From positions 32,001 through 96,000 of IMG/VR virus record IMGVR_UViG_3300047160_002226: 64,000 nucleotides of DNA. One strand, given 5' to 3'. Below are positions 36,116-45,849 of the stretch, piece by piece (within the stretch, counting starts at the first letter, position 1; each line of letters begins with the position of its first letter). The notes under the pieces were generated by a model that was not told the DNA's origin, searched no databases, and saw only the letters and a program-made list of their open reading frames with translations. The DNA comes from a virus. Both the position numbers and the translations under genes were made by a program.

Positions 36116-37360
36116 ATGCCGTCACCAGTTCCGTCTATCCTCGATATCATCAAGAACCCAGAGCAATATCTCCAGGGAGCGCCCCTTCGTGCTGTCTATC
36201 GTGGGTTGATCGAGGATGTCAATGATCCAGACCAGCTTGGTAGAGTACGGGTCAGAGTAAAGAGCATCTGGTCTTCTCAGGTTCCAACTGACAATCTACC
36301 GTGGGCTGAGATAGCAAACAGCGGCAGTATGTCGCAGCAGGGCCTTTTCTCGATTCCTCCTGTTGGCTCTACTGCGTTCGTGATATTCCAAGAGGGCAAT
36401 AGCTCGTTCCCGATCATCATTGGCGGATGGTACGGCAAGACGAATGGTCAGAACGAGGTCCCGAAGGCCGCAATCGGTCAGCAGGACACTGGAGGGTCGG
36501 GTAAAGGAAACGATCAAGGAACGGGTGCCGCAGGAGCCCAGCTCCAAGAGCCTGCGAATCCATTTGCTCCGACCTATCCTAACAACCATGTCTACAAAGG
36601 TACTAGTGGCAACCTGATAGAAGTTGACGATACGCAAGGTCACGAGCGTATCGACATAGTTCACAAGAGTGGATCGTGGATCGAGTTCCATCCAGATGGG
36701 TCCATTGTCGTAGGATGCCAGAAGAAGATCTACGTTTTCTCAACAGATGTAACTCAGATACATTCCCACAAGGATCTCGATGCGCTGGCAGACAACCAGA
36801 TGACGGCGAAGGCAGGGAAGGATCTCCAGGTTCAAACGGGGAGAGACGAGGCGCACGTCGTTGGGCGTGATCTCACCGTTCAAGCAGCCCGTGATATTCT
36901 CCTCAACGCCGCCCGCAATTTCTCAGAGATCGCAGCGCAAGCTGGGATGATCCAGACTGGTACGAATCTTACGATGACGGCTGGTCAAGACATAACGGCC
37001 ACTGCTGGTGGCACTCTCACTTTTCAGGCAGCTCTTGCCACAGTCATCAACACGGCGGCAGCTCTCACACTGCAAGCGGCCACAGCGTTGAGCCTAATTA
37101 GTGGTACCACGCTCAATATGACTTCTGGGGCCGCTATGAGCATTGAATCTGGTGCTGCGCTTTCAATAGTTTCTAGTGCTATTACAGACATTCTTTCTAG
37201 TGGCATTTTGACGATGATTGCACCTGTCATCGACATAGAGTCTCCGCTAGTAACTATCGGAGGAATCACGCCTGGGAACGTTGTGACTGATGTAACTCAC
37301 CCGATTGACTTCATAACTGGATTGCCTATCGTTGGAACCCCTGTTGTAAGAGCTGGATGA
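36116..37360 (+). CDS. baseplate central spike (gp5/gpV/VgrG-like OB fold plus beta-helix)
   Basis: YRG.IEDVNDP..LGRVRV..., LPWA, PPVG..V.F.EG, SG..IE.DDT..HERI...HKSG, followed by roughly 8-residue beta-helix repeats. Confidence 0.9.
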   Translation: MPSPVPSILDIIKNPEQYLQGAPLRAVYRGLIEDVNDPDQLGRVRVRVKSIWSSQVPTDNLPWAEIANSGSMSQQGLFSIPPVGSTAFVIFQEGNSSFPIIIGGWYGKTNGQNEVPKAAIGQQDTGGSGKGNDQGTGAAGAQLQEPANPFAPTYPNNHVYKGTSGNLIEVDDTQGHERIDIVHKSGSWIEFHPDGSIVVGCQKKIYVFSTDVTQIHSHKDLDALADNQMTAKAGKDLQVQTGRDEAHVVGRDLTVQAARDILLNAARNFSEIAAQAGMIQTGTNLTMTAGQDITATAGGTLTFQAALATVINTAAALTLQAATALSLISGTTLNMTSGAAMSIESGAALSIVSSAITDILSSGILTMIAPVIDIESPLVTIGGITPGNVVTDVTHPIDFITGLPIVGTPVVRAG

Positions 37361-37369
37361 AGGTGGCTG

Positions 37370-38056
37370 ATGCCTCTTGTAGCTGCTGCTATGGGCGCGG
37401 ATATGCTTAGTCGTGCAGTAAGTAAGGGCCTTATCGACGCGCCACCATATTTTGCGCTTTCTAGAATATACAATGCTGTAGCTACTGGCATTGTAAAGAC
37501 GCTCCAAGCTGCTGCTACCGTTGTCACGGTGCAGTGGACAGGCTTCGTACCTGTCGGTGCGAGTATAGGTACTGCAAACAGTATAAGTGGTCCTGATCCT
37601 GATGGTTACGGGACTGACACTCAAACAGAGGCAGGGCACACTGGACCTTTTGCTCCACCGTTCTATTACGGGCTAGGGGGTGTCATCGATTACATTAAGC
37701 CGAACATCTCGTTTGTAGATCTCTTGTGTCCTGTTGCTGCAGGTGGGGCTGGTGTCCTCGTCTCTATTGTCGTGCCGATATCTGAATGCCACGACAACAT
37801 TGTAGCGGCCATGCCTGACGACTTCCTCTGTAAGAATCCGAACCCACCAGGTTGTCCAGATGGCTCAGTAAGAGCCCCGCCGCCACGGTTCGTGCCGTTC
37901 AATTACGTGTACTACGAGATGGACCAGATGATCAAGGCTGCGTCACACCAACTGGCCGTGTATCTGTTGCATCCAACGCAGACGACGTGGACAATGACTG
38001 GTGTTCCGACTATCGCCCCTATCAGCACTACTGACATCTTTACAAGAATACTCTAG
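37370..38056 (+). CDS. baseplate-region hypothetical protein
   Basis: 228 aa between the spike and gp25 genes. Confidence 0.65.
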   Translation: MPLVAAAMGADMLSRAVSKGLIDAPPYFALSRIYNAVATGIVKTLQAAATVVTVQWTGFVPVGASIGTANSISGPDPDGYGTDTQTEAGHTGPFAPPFYYGLGGVIDYIKPNISFVDLLCPVAAGGAGVLVSIVVPISECHDNIVAAMPDDFLCKNPNPPGCPDGSVRAPPPRFVPFNYVYYEMDQMIKAASHQLAVYLLHPTQTTWTMTGVPTIAPISTTDIFTRIL

Positions 38057-38064
38057 AGGCACAT

Positions 38065-38445
38065 ATGGGAGATAGATGGCACGGGCTAGTATTCCCATTC
38101 AAGCGTGGGCCACAAGGCTGGTTCAGTGACGGATCAGATGATGATCTCATTTCATCGTCTATCCAATTCATCATTGGCATTTGCCTAAACGACTACATCT
38201 GTTTGCCAGACTTCGGTGCCAACGTTTGTCCTCTCATCTTCGAGCCAAATGATGACGTTCTTTCAGTTCTTCTCAGGAGCCGCATCAACGAAGCTCTCTC
38301 AAGATGGGAGCCACGTATATCCGTACAAACTATAAATACGCTCATCAACGACGATCAGGTCAATGTCACGATCTCCTACGTCTTTGTCAGTGAACCAGGA
38401 ACGATCCGCTTCTTCAACGATTCGTTCCAGAGGCTCACAGCATGA
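38065..38445 (+). CDS. gp25: baseplate wedge protein, gp25-like
   Basis: G..FPF, PDFG....IFEP, I..AL.RWEPRI.V. Confidence 0.9.
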   Translation: MGDRWHGLVFPFKRGPQGWFSDGSDDDLISSSIQFIIGICLNDYICLPDFGANVCPLIFEPNDDVLSVLLRSRINEALSRWEPRISVQTINTLINDDQVNVTISYVFVSEPGTIRFFNDSFQRLTA

Positions 38446-38463
38446 GCGCAAGACAGGTGAGCC

Positions 38464-39969
38464 GTGGCTGATCTTCCCCCGATTGATTACGCCTCTGGCG
38501 ATTTCCAGACATTCCTAGATAACGAGCTAGCGTTTCTCCAGGCTGAGCTTGACCAGAGCGACTTCAACGACTTCGTGGCCTCTCAGATCACGATGTTTCT
38601 CGCTCGCCTGAATGCGTATACCTCTGGTATTCAGGCTTTCAAGCTCGACATCACGGCCAATGAGATCTTCCTCGTCACGGCGACTCAGCGTCGGTCAATC
38701 ATCCGCTTCGCAAAGCCTCTTGGCTACATTATGGCGCTGCCTACAGCAGCGTCAGTCAATCTTTCGCTACTGCTTCAAGCACCTTACCCACAGCCACTCT
38801 ACATTACCGCAGGAACGCAGTTCCAGGCTGGCGGAAAATTCTGGGAAGTAGACGATACCTACATCCTCCAGGCGAACACTCTAGCCTCTATAGTTCGTGC
38901 TAGCAACCCGACGATGACGCCTATCTCAGTCATCGGTGCGAATGAAGGCCAGACATTCACGGAAACGTTCTCCGCAACTGGAGCCCTCAACCAGCAGTTC
39001 GTTCTAACACGTTCTCCGATCATCAATAACACCGTATCGATGACTGTAGATGGCGTTCCATGGACCCAGATCGACTATATCGTCTTTGCTGCAGCGACAG
39101 ATAAAGCTTACGTCGTGGCCTTCGATGAGAACCAAGCTGGCACCGTTGAGTTCGGCAACAGCAAGTACGGTCTCATCCCTTCGCTCGGATCAACGATCCA
39201 AGTTACTTACCGCATCGGTGGTGGGACCGCTGGAGATCTCTCGGCTGGGGCTATCAACACGACGATCCTGGGGCTCCTCAACAACATCACGCCAGTCCAA
39301 GTGCCTGTCACCAACCCGACCGCTGCGACTGGTGGTGCTGATGCTGAATCAATCGACCACGCCAAGCTCTACATCCCGAAGTTCCTCAAGACTATCGAGC
39401 ACGCGGTCACGATCCAAGACTACAACACTCTCGCATCGGTCTTCTCGGATCCCGCTTCTGGAACAGTCACTAAGGCGATAACTCAACTTCGTGGTGGCGA
39501 GCTGAACAAGGTTGACGTGTTCATCTGGGTCACGGATCCAGTTACGGGGGCTCTTGTCGGTGGGCTCAACGTACCTGTTGCTCTGTTGAACTCACTTTAC
39601 GATTATCTTGCCGTTAGGAACGTTCTCGTTCACGATCTACACGTTTTTGCAGGTATCGTAACGCCTGTTTATATCGTTGCAAACGTGCTTTACCAGCACA
39701 ACAAGACGCCTACTGACGTAGCTGCGGCCTTGCAGCTCGCTGCGCAGGGATTCTTCAATGCAGCATCCTTCAACCCAGGTGAGATGGTTTCGATTTCGCA
39801 ACTCTACGAGACATTCCAGTTGGTAGATGGTGTCGATTCTCTCGTCATAACTGGACTTGACAAGGTTTCATCACCTGTGGTAGCTGGAAACGTTGCTATA
39901 GACGGTGATAAGATCGCTGTTCTAGGCACAGCTACATTCAATCTGACCTCAGCTCCGCTGGTGCCGTAA
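38464..39969 (+). CDS. baseplate wedge protein, gp6/J-like
   Basis: IDY..DF, E.FL.TA.QR.S....A..LGY, FG...G.IP, YR.GGG..G, GGADAES, AVT..DY. Confidence 0.9.
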   Translation: MADLPPIDYASGDFQTFLDNELAFLQAELDQSDFNDFVASQITMFLARLNAYTSGIQAFKLDITANEIFLVTATQRRSIIRFAKPLGYIMALPTAASVNLSLLLQAPYPQPLYITAGTQFQAGGKFWEVDDTYILQANTLASIVRASNPTMTPISVIGANEGQTFTETFSATGALNQQFVLTRSPIINNTVSMTVDGVPWTQIDYIVFAAATDKAYVVAFDENQAGTVEFGNSKYGLIPSLGSTIQVTYRIGGGTAGDLSAGAINTTILGLLNNITPVQVPVTNPTAATGGADAESIDHAKLYIPKFLKTIEHAVTIQDYNTLASVFSDPASGTVTKAITQLRGGELNKVDVFIWVTDPVTGALVGGLNVPVALLNSLYDYLAVRNVLVHDLHVFAGIVTPVYIVANVLYQHNKTPTDVAAALQLAAQGFFNAASFNPGEMVSISQLYETFQLVDGVDSLVITGLDKVSSPVVAGNVAIDGDKIAVLGTATFNLTSAPLVP

Positions 39970-41978
39970 TGGGCGTAAACTTCCAAGATCTGTTGCCTGA
40001 GTACATTCAGTCTCATGATCGACGCCAGTTCATCATGAATCTGATGCAGGCATGGCAGAACAACTATTACGACATCGACTCACAGATAGACGGTCTCCTC
40101 GTCATCACCGACGTGGATGACTGTCCATCGCAGTACCTTGACTACATCGCTGCGATGATCGGATTCCCTCTTCTTGGCATTGACTCCGATGAGGAGAAGC
40201 GGGTTCAGATCAAGAACGCTGTTGCCTTCTACAAGATCAAGGGAACGTTGGAGTCCTGGCACATAGTATTCGCTTCGCTGGGCTTCGATGTTACAGTCCA
40301 AGAGCTATGGTATCCTCCGACACCAGATACGGTTAACATCACTCCTGGCAACCTTATCCCATACAACCCACGTGTAGAAATCCCCGTGATCGGTAGGGAC
40401 AATGTAACACAGCCGATTACAGCTCGTCTGTTGTCGGTAGATCTTACAACACCACTAGATCTTACTGGTAATACGCAGCTAACGGTCGTGGTGAACGGTG
40501 GATCTCCAACAACTGTGGATATCGTTTTGGGCGGCTATCTTGTGGCTGGAGACTCTGCTGCATCGGTGTCCCGTCCATCGCTCATCGCAGCGCTCAACGC
40601 GGCTGGTGCTGGAGCAGCAGTAGCTCAGGCATATCCACCGTCCACGCCGCCAGCGGCTTTCGGTGCCTCCTTCTTGCTTTACAAAACGATCTTGAGCGGT
40701 TCCACTGCTTCGCTCACTGTCTCTGGTTCAGCGGCGCCACTCATCTTCGGTGCGACAACTTCCGCCGTTGGAGCTGATCCGCCGACCCTTGGAACAGCGG
40801 CGTCCCTTACGTTCCTCGATACGCAGCTTGCAGCTCAGCCGACGATCACCGTCAACGCTTCGACTAACGGTGTCTGGGGCAATTTCATCTACATCTCGAT
40901 TACCGACCCAGCCGATCTTACACAAGATCCATTGGTGACGTTCGACCTGCATATCCTTTTCGACAATGGGCTAGGGCCAGAGGAAGTCCGCTACTTCCCA
41001 AATCTCACGAAGGGCGGCACACCTTATGTGGACAATGTCGTTTCAACTGTAGAAGGTCAAACGTTTTACATTGACATCGAGTCTCTTGCGACCTCACTCT
41101 TCCGTCCAGCTAACACTGGTTCGCCAGTAGCACTTGTAGGTGGGGTGCCTCCAACGACTACTAAGAGTCCATACGTGGACATTACTCTCTCCACTAGCTT
41201 CCTTGACCCAGCCTTCTTGAACAAGGGTCAGTTCTTCGATGGCCGCATCGAGGAGGTCAAGGCAGCTCACATTCGGATACGAACGAAGAGGATTGCGATC
41301 TCGTTCTCCGAGCAAGCGATCACGCGGGCAGAGGTCTTTGACCCAGCGACTTCGCAGTTCATTCCGCTTGTTCAAATCGACTACGATGATTCGGCGTGTA
41401 ACGCACTTGTCAACGCAATGATCGTTGATCTTCTGCAGCCTTCTTGCCGCTACCCCGTTGGCGCTATCACCGTTTACTTCCACAATGGCTTCATCGTTGG
41501 ACGAGATGGCACGTACTATCACGGCTATCTGCCGTTCACATTCGACGGTGGGATCCCCGATACACCACCCGCTGGCCTTACAGGCGTTCCTGGTTACGTC
41601 TATGGTTATGACAACGCTGCGAGTCTAACCTACGGGACTACTCTCGACCTGGAAGGACACCAGTTTATCTATGGTCTTACGTTCGATGCATCATTCTGCG
41701 ATACGGATGTCCTCAACGTCTCTGTTGGTGGTAGCGGCACCATACTGACTGACTCAAGCTTCTACGGCGTGACGGTATCTCAACAGCCTCTCTTCAATGG
41801 GCAAGGTCTATCTACGACTTTCAGTGGCTATATCCCATTTGACTCTAATGTGTTTGGGTCTGATACAAATGGAGCACCTGCAGCACTACCCGATCCAGAG
41901 AACTCAACGGCCATTATCGCCAAGGATCCAGTGTCGGGCGAAACGTTCCTGGTCGATGACTGGCGCTACGCAAACTAG
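39969..41978 (+). CDS. baseplate protein, P2 gpI/gp7-like, with inserted sheath-like domains
   Basis: DVD.CP..YL.YIA..IG, R..IK.A...YK.KGT, and a distal VKAAH. Confidence 0.8.
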   Translation: MGVNFQDLLPEYIQSHDRRQFIMNLMQAWQNNYYDIDSQIDGLLVITDVDDCPSQYLDYIAAMIGFPLLGIDSDEEKRVQIKNAVAFYKIKGTLESWHIVFASLGFDVTVQELWYPPTPDTVNITPGNLIPYNPRVEIPVIGRDNVTQPITARLLSVDLTTPLDLTGNTQLTVVVNGGSPTTVDIVLGGYLVAGDSAASVSRPSLIAALNAAGAGAAVAQAYPPSTPPAAFGASFLLYKTILSGSTASLTVSGSAAPLIFGATTSAVGADPPTLGTAASLTFLDTQLAAQPTITVNASTNGVWGNFIYISITDPADLTQDPLVTFDLHILFDNGLGPEEVRYFPNLTKGGTPYVDNVVSTVEGQTFYIDIESLATSLFRPANTGSPVALVGGVPPTTTKSPYVDITLSTSFLDPAFLNKGQFFDGRIEEVKAAHIRIRTKRIAISFSEQAITRAEVFDPATSQFIPLVQIDYDDSACNALVNAMIVDLLQPSCRYPVGAITVYFHNGFIVGRDGTYYHGYLPFTFDGGIPDTPPAGLTGVPGYVYGYDNAASLTYGTTLDLEGHQFIYGLTFDASFCDTDVLNVSVGGSGTILTDSSFYGVTVSQQPLFNGQGLSTTFSGYIPFDSNVFGSDTNGAPAALPDPENSTAIIAKDPVSGETFLVDDWRYAN

Positions 41979-41993
41979 CGCGCGAGGATTTAG

Positions 41994-42629
41994 ATGAGCA
42001 CCTTTCCGCTAGATCTTAGTGATCTCCCAAAGCCTTGGCAGCGTCTCCTCGTAGACCGCATTGGGGAGCCCAGAGGCTTCGTCAGGATTCGTAGATACAA
42101 CCCAGAGCTAGGAATCTCGGAACCTGTAGAGCCATGGTCTGAGAATCTAGTAGTCAACAGTGGCCGTGGAGTCATATCCCAGCAGATTTCTGGCTACTTC
42201 ATGACGGGACCTGTGGCGTGGACGCAACTCACCAGCGCTACGCCAGGCCAGGGTGCTACGCAGAACACCGTTACTCGTGCTCTCATCGGCATTGGCGGGC
42301 ATGATCCGATGACCCTTCTCCCGCTTACTCCAAGCCTAACGGATGTGAATCTTGGCAGTTTCGTTGCTAGCGGCGAGCTAACGATGGATGCTGTCACATT
42401 CCCGACATCAACGTCCGTTGCTTTCCAGTTCCACATTGACGCATCCAGCCCTATCCCAGCCTTCTCCGAAGCTGGCCTTGCCGTACAAGGTGCTGGGGCT
42501 CCAACAGCGTGGAGTGCTGCAGATCCAGGTGCTAACCCAACTCACATTCTGTTCTCCCGCAAGTGCTTCGGTTACATCACGAAGGTAGCAGGTTGGCAGT
42601 ACCAATTCTCATGGATCATTGTGTTCTGA
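41994..42629 (+). CDS. baseplate/fibre-attachment protein
   Basis: NLVVNSGR, IGIGG, EAGL, LFSRK.F..ITK......FSW.IVF. Confidence 0.7.
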   Translation: MSTFPLDLSDLPKPWQRLLVDRIGEPRGFVRIRRYNPELGISEPVEPWSENLVVNSGRGVISQQISGYFMTGPVAWTQLTSATPGQGATQNTVTRALIGIGGHDPMTLLPLTPSLTDVNLGSFVASGELTMDAVTFPTSTSVAFQFHIDASSPIPAFSEAGLAVQGAGAPTAWSAADPGANPTHILFSRKCFGYITKVAGWQYQFSWIIVF

Positions 42630-42643
42630 GCTGATAAGCGAGG

Positions 42644-43042
42644 TTGCCTGTGCCCCAAGGCGTCAATGGAAATTTGTTGGACATCACCTACTACACGAAC
42701 ACTACGCCCGTGTACTACACGTCGTCCAACATCCCTCTCCAGAACCTCAACAGCAACATCCTCACACTTGACCAGCAGCTTAACGGGTGGGTCGCTACAG
42801 GTATCTCAGCTCAGAGTCGCCCTGGCGATGGCGTATTCAATACTGGTATTGTGTTTCCGTTTACGATGAACACCGTTCCTCGTATAGTCCTTGGTCGCTC
42901 CGAGGAATCAACGCTCGCGGTTGGAAAGTTGTATGTGGCTGCAAGTAGCAGAACTACAGCAGGGTTCAACTTGGTTGTCATAGCGAACGGCACAGGTGGT
43001 GCCTGGACAGCCAATATCAACTGGCTAGCGGACGGGAGGTAA
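42644..43042 (+). CDS. short tail fibre protein with C-terminal lectin-like tip
   Basis: Shared N-terminal module; FP......P.IV...TTAGF......NWLA.G tip. Confidence 0.65.
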   Translation: MPVPQGVNGNLLDITYYTNTTPVYYTSSNIPLQNLNSNILTLDQQLNGWVATGISAQSRPGDGVFNTGIVFPFTMNTVPRIVLGRSEESTLAVGKLYVAASSRTTAGFNLVVIANGTGGAWTANINWLADGR

Positions 43043-43045
43043 GCT

Positions 43046-44185
43046 ATGCCTACACTCATAGCCATCCGCTACTACACAGAATCTACGCCAGTCCTTGCAA
43101 CACGGGACAACGAACCACTGCAAGATCTGAGTACCAATATCAACACCGTCAACGCCGCTGTTGACGGTCTAACAACCTCATTCAACACGCTGAACACGGA
43201 CTATACGACTCACCACAAGGGTCTAGGCGCAGATCCTAACGGTACACCGCTGGCAGGCATTACTCACCAGAACGCCACAGCCACGACCTCTGGCTTCATG
43301 TCGTCCTCGCAGTACACCAAGCTCTCGTTGATCCAAGACAATGCTCAGGTAAACGCCCTGGCGCTCGTAGAGGCCCTTGAGCTGGTCTCTCGTGGTTCTA
43401 CGACTCTCCACAGGCACAGGAACGCTGATTCCAACGCACCCGATCCCACTCCTGCTGGCGTATACCACGATGGGTTCATGTCAGCATCGCAGGCTGCTCG
43501 TCTCGCATCTATTGCCTTCGGCGCTCAGCCACAAGATCCAGAGTACGTAGCAGCCAAACCAGCCATATTGCATGGCACTACGCCAGTCGGTGGGCTTTAT
43601 CCTGCTGACGCTTACCACAAACATGCTAATCAACTGACGGTTGGCACTCCGACTCCTAGTCCTCCACCATCTTTCTCGAATATCACGAGTTTGAACATCA
43701 TTGGCGCTGGTGGGCTTGGTGTTGGCATTGTCTCGCCTTCGCCTGGACAAGCGAACGTCACTCTGACACAAGCTGCTGGTCCGACGCCAACACCAACTCC
43801 TGGGCCGACTCCACTTCCAACGCAGGATCATTCATATCAACCTGTTGCGCACTTCTTCTCAGTCGCTAACATCAGCGGAACAGGCACTATCAGTGTACCA
43901 TCTAACTTTACACCGATTGCTGCTTGGGGTCAAACGTCCGATAACAACGGCTTCGTTTCCCAGGGCTTCACGGAGGCTGGTGCAACGACGCCGCAGCAGG
44001 GAGCACAAGTCACAGGCAACAGCAACGCTCAGCTCAGCGGCCACTTTGGATTCGGTAACTTCGGCAATCAATTGACAGTTACAGCGTTCACCAGCTCTGG
44101 ACTGGCGTACAGCGTGAATACAGGTGCGTTCTGGATTACAGGCATCATGCTTGGTTACACAACTGCGGTTATCACGTTCCCGTGA
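43046..44185 (+). CDS. tail fibre protein
   Basis: Shared N-terminal module; GFMS..(Q)..KL repeated twice; Pro/Thr hinge. Confidence 0.7.
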   Translation: MPTLIAIRYYTESTPVLATRDNEPLQDLSTNINTVNAAVDGLTTSFNTLNTDYTTHHKGLGADPNGTPLAGITHQNATATTSGFMSSSQYTKLSLIQDNAQVNALALVEALELVSRGSTTLHRHRNADSNAPDPTPAGVYHDGFMSASQAARLASIAFGAQPQDPEYVAAKPAILHGTTPVGGLYPADAYHKHANQLTVGTPTPSPPPSFSNITSLNIIGAGGLGVGIVSPSPGQANVTLTQAAGPTPTPTPGPTPLPTQDHSYQPVAHFFSVANISGTGTISVPSNFTPIAAWGQTSDNNGFVSQGFTEAGATTPQQGAQVTGNSNAQLSGHFGFGNFGNQLTVTAFTSSGLAYSVNTGAFWITGIMLGYTTAVITFP

Positions 44186-44205
44186 GCGCTTAGAAGGTAT
44201 CTGCT

Positions 44206-45837
44206 ATGGGTAAGGGCACACACGGCGATCTCTTTCCAGTTCGTTACTACCTCAACACAACCCCTGTCAATTGGGTTGAGGCTAACGAACCGCTACAGGA
44301 TCTTGAAGCGAACCTCCTGGTTCTCGATTCCAAGATCGCTGACCTCTATGCCCATGGCATTGCTGGTGGTGGAGGTGGTGGAGGAGGCGGTGGCGGTGGT
44401 GGTGGATCAACGGTCGTTGCTACGACAGCAACCATCAGTCGCGCCGTAGAGGCTACATACGACATTACTGGTACGCCAGCACCTACCGTTGGAACGGTTG
44501 GTACAGATCTCACCGCTCTCGTCTTCACCAACACAGGAGGCGCAGGACAGAAGGCAGAGATCTCGGTTCCAGAGGACTATTCTAACGGTCCTATCTCGTT
44601 CATGCTCACCTATGCTATGTCCGCTGCTGGAAGTGGATTTGTTGTATTTAACGTAGTTGGTGAGATAGCCCATGTTAACGACTCAATCACACCATTCGGT
44701 GCCCCAGACATTGAGAATCTCGTCGTCAACAACAACGTAAACCCAGGCGAGGTTCAGCTCTATCAAATCCCAGAGGGCAACTTCGCCAAGGGCGACCGTA
44801 TTCGTCTCGACTTCACTCGCTCTGCATCTGATCCAAACACAGCCGATATGTCCGTAATGGCTATCTTTTACGAATATACAGGCTTTGTCAATCAGAATCG
44901 CAGCTACTCAGCTATCGCAGAGATCATCTACGATTCGGCAGAAACACCACCAAACGCTGGAACGTATGGAACGGACCTCAATACGTTCGATTTCCCATTT
45001 GCAACCGACTCTGGCTCTAAGGTTCTCGGCATCGTTCCAGAGGAATGGGATGGCGTAACGGATCCGTATCTGGTCCTCACGTACGCGATGTCTGGTACAC
45101 CTGCAGCAAACGCTGTCGTGCGTATCGAGTCGAGCGGTCAAGTAGCTAATGTCGCCTCACCAGGGGTGCTGAACACGCTTCCAGTGACTCAGTTCACTTT
45201 CCCTGTGTCAGCCGATACACAACCACATCGCACGCTTTCTATGCCGTTCGCGTCCTCGAACTTCTCGAAGGGCAGCGCTTACGCTATCAAGTTCGCTAGA
45301 CGTACAACAGCGGTTCCCAACAACGCCCTCTTCAACTTCCAGCTCCTAAGTGCAGAGGTCATCTTCGGCTTCCCGACAAGTATCGGGCCTCCACAACAGG
45401 AGATGACGCTACCACCAGGCATATTCAAGCCCGTTACGAATGACGTAGCGACGGATGTGCTACCGACTGACTTCACTGGTGACTTCGACCGTTACAACTA
45501 CATGAAAGCCAACTCAGCTTCCAGCGTGTGCCACGTCCATGTTTTCAACTGTATGCCATCTGGCACAACGAAGCTAACGCGGACAAAGATTTCACTCAAG
45601 TTCTCATCGGCTTCCGACTCCGCGCTCATCAAAATCTACGCGAAGTCGGTTGGCGTTTCACCTGTCTTGACCTATGGACCTGTGAGCCCAACATCTCGCA
45701 CCGTCTATACTTTCGCCAACACAGACCTTTCGGCGCAACCTGCGGGCACTGGTGAGTACCTCATCGTCGTTGAAGTGACACTCGCGGCTATCAATGATGA
45801 AGCCTTCGTTGGTGCTGCACGAGTTATCCATACCTGA
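44206..45837 (+). CDS. tail fibre/receptor-binding protein with tandem beta domains
   Basis: Shared N-terminal module, Gly14 hinge (44365-44406), internal repeat E..YD...P..GT.GTDL...VPE...LTYAMS twice. Confidence 0.7.
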   Translation: MGKGTHGDLFPVRYYLNTTPVNWVEANEPLQDLEANLLVLDSKIADLYAHGIAGGGGGGGGGGGGGGSTVVATTATISRAVEATYDITGTPAPTVGTVGTDLTALVFTNTGGAGQKAEISVPEDYSNGPISFMLTYAMSAAGSGFVVFNVVGEIAHVNDSITPFGAPDIENLVVNNNVNPGEVQLYQIPEGNFAKGDRIRLDFTRSASDPNTADMSVMAIFYEYTGFVNQNRSYSAIAEIIYDSAETPPNAGTYGTDLNTFDFPFATDSGSKVLGIVPEEWDGVTDPYLVLTYAMSGTPAANAVVRIESSGQVANVASPGVLNTLPVTQFTFPVSADTQPHRTLSMPFASSNFSKGSAYAIKFARRTTAVPNNALFNFQLLSAEVIFGFPTSIGPPQQEMTLPPGIFKPVTNDVATDVLPTDFTGDFDRYNYMKANSASSVCHVHVFNCMPSGTTKLTRTKISLKFSSASDSALIKIYAKSVGVSPVLTYGPVSPTSRTVYTFANTDLSAQPAGTGEYLIVVEVTLAAINDEAFVGAARVIHT

Positions 45838-45849
45838 GCGGTGTGACCT

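Noticed and set aside
38331-38338. TATAAATA, the T4 late promoter consensus
   Set aside because: Only one copy noticed, inside the gp25 coding sequence and not recurring upstream of late genes.
44365-44406. GGN run as a possible phase-variable repeat
   Set aside because: Mixed GGT/GGA/GGC codons indicate a protein-level Gly hinge.
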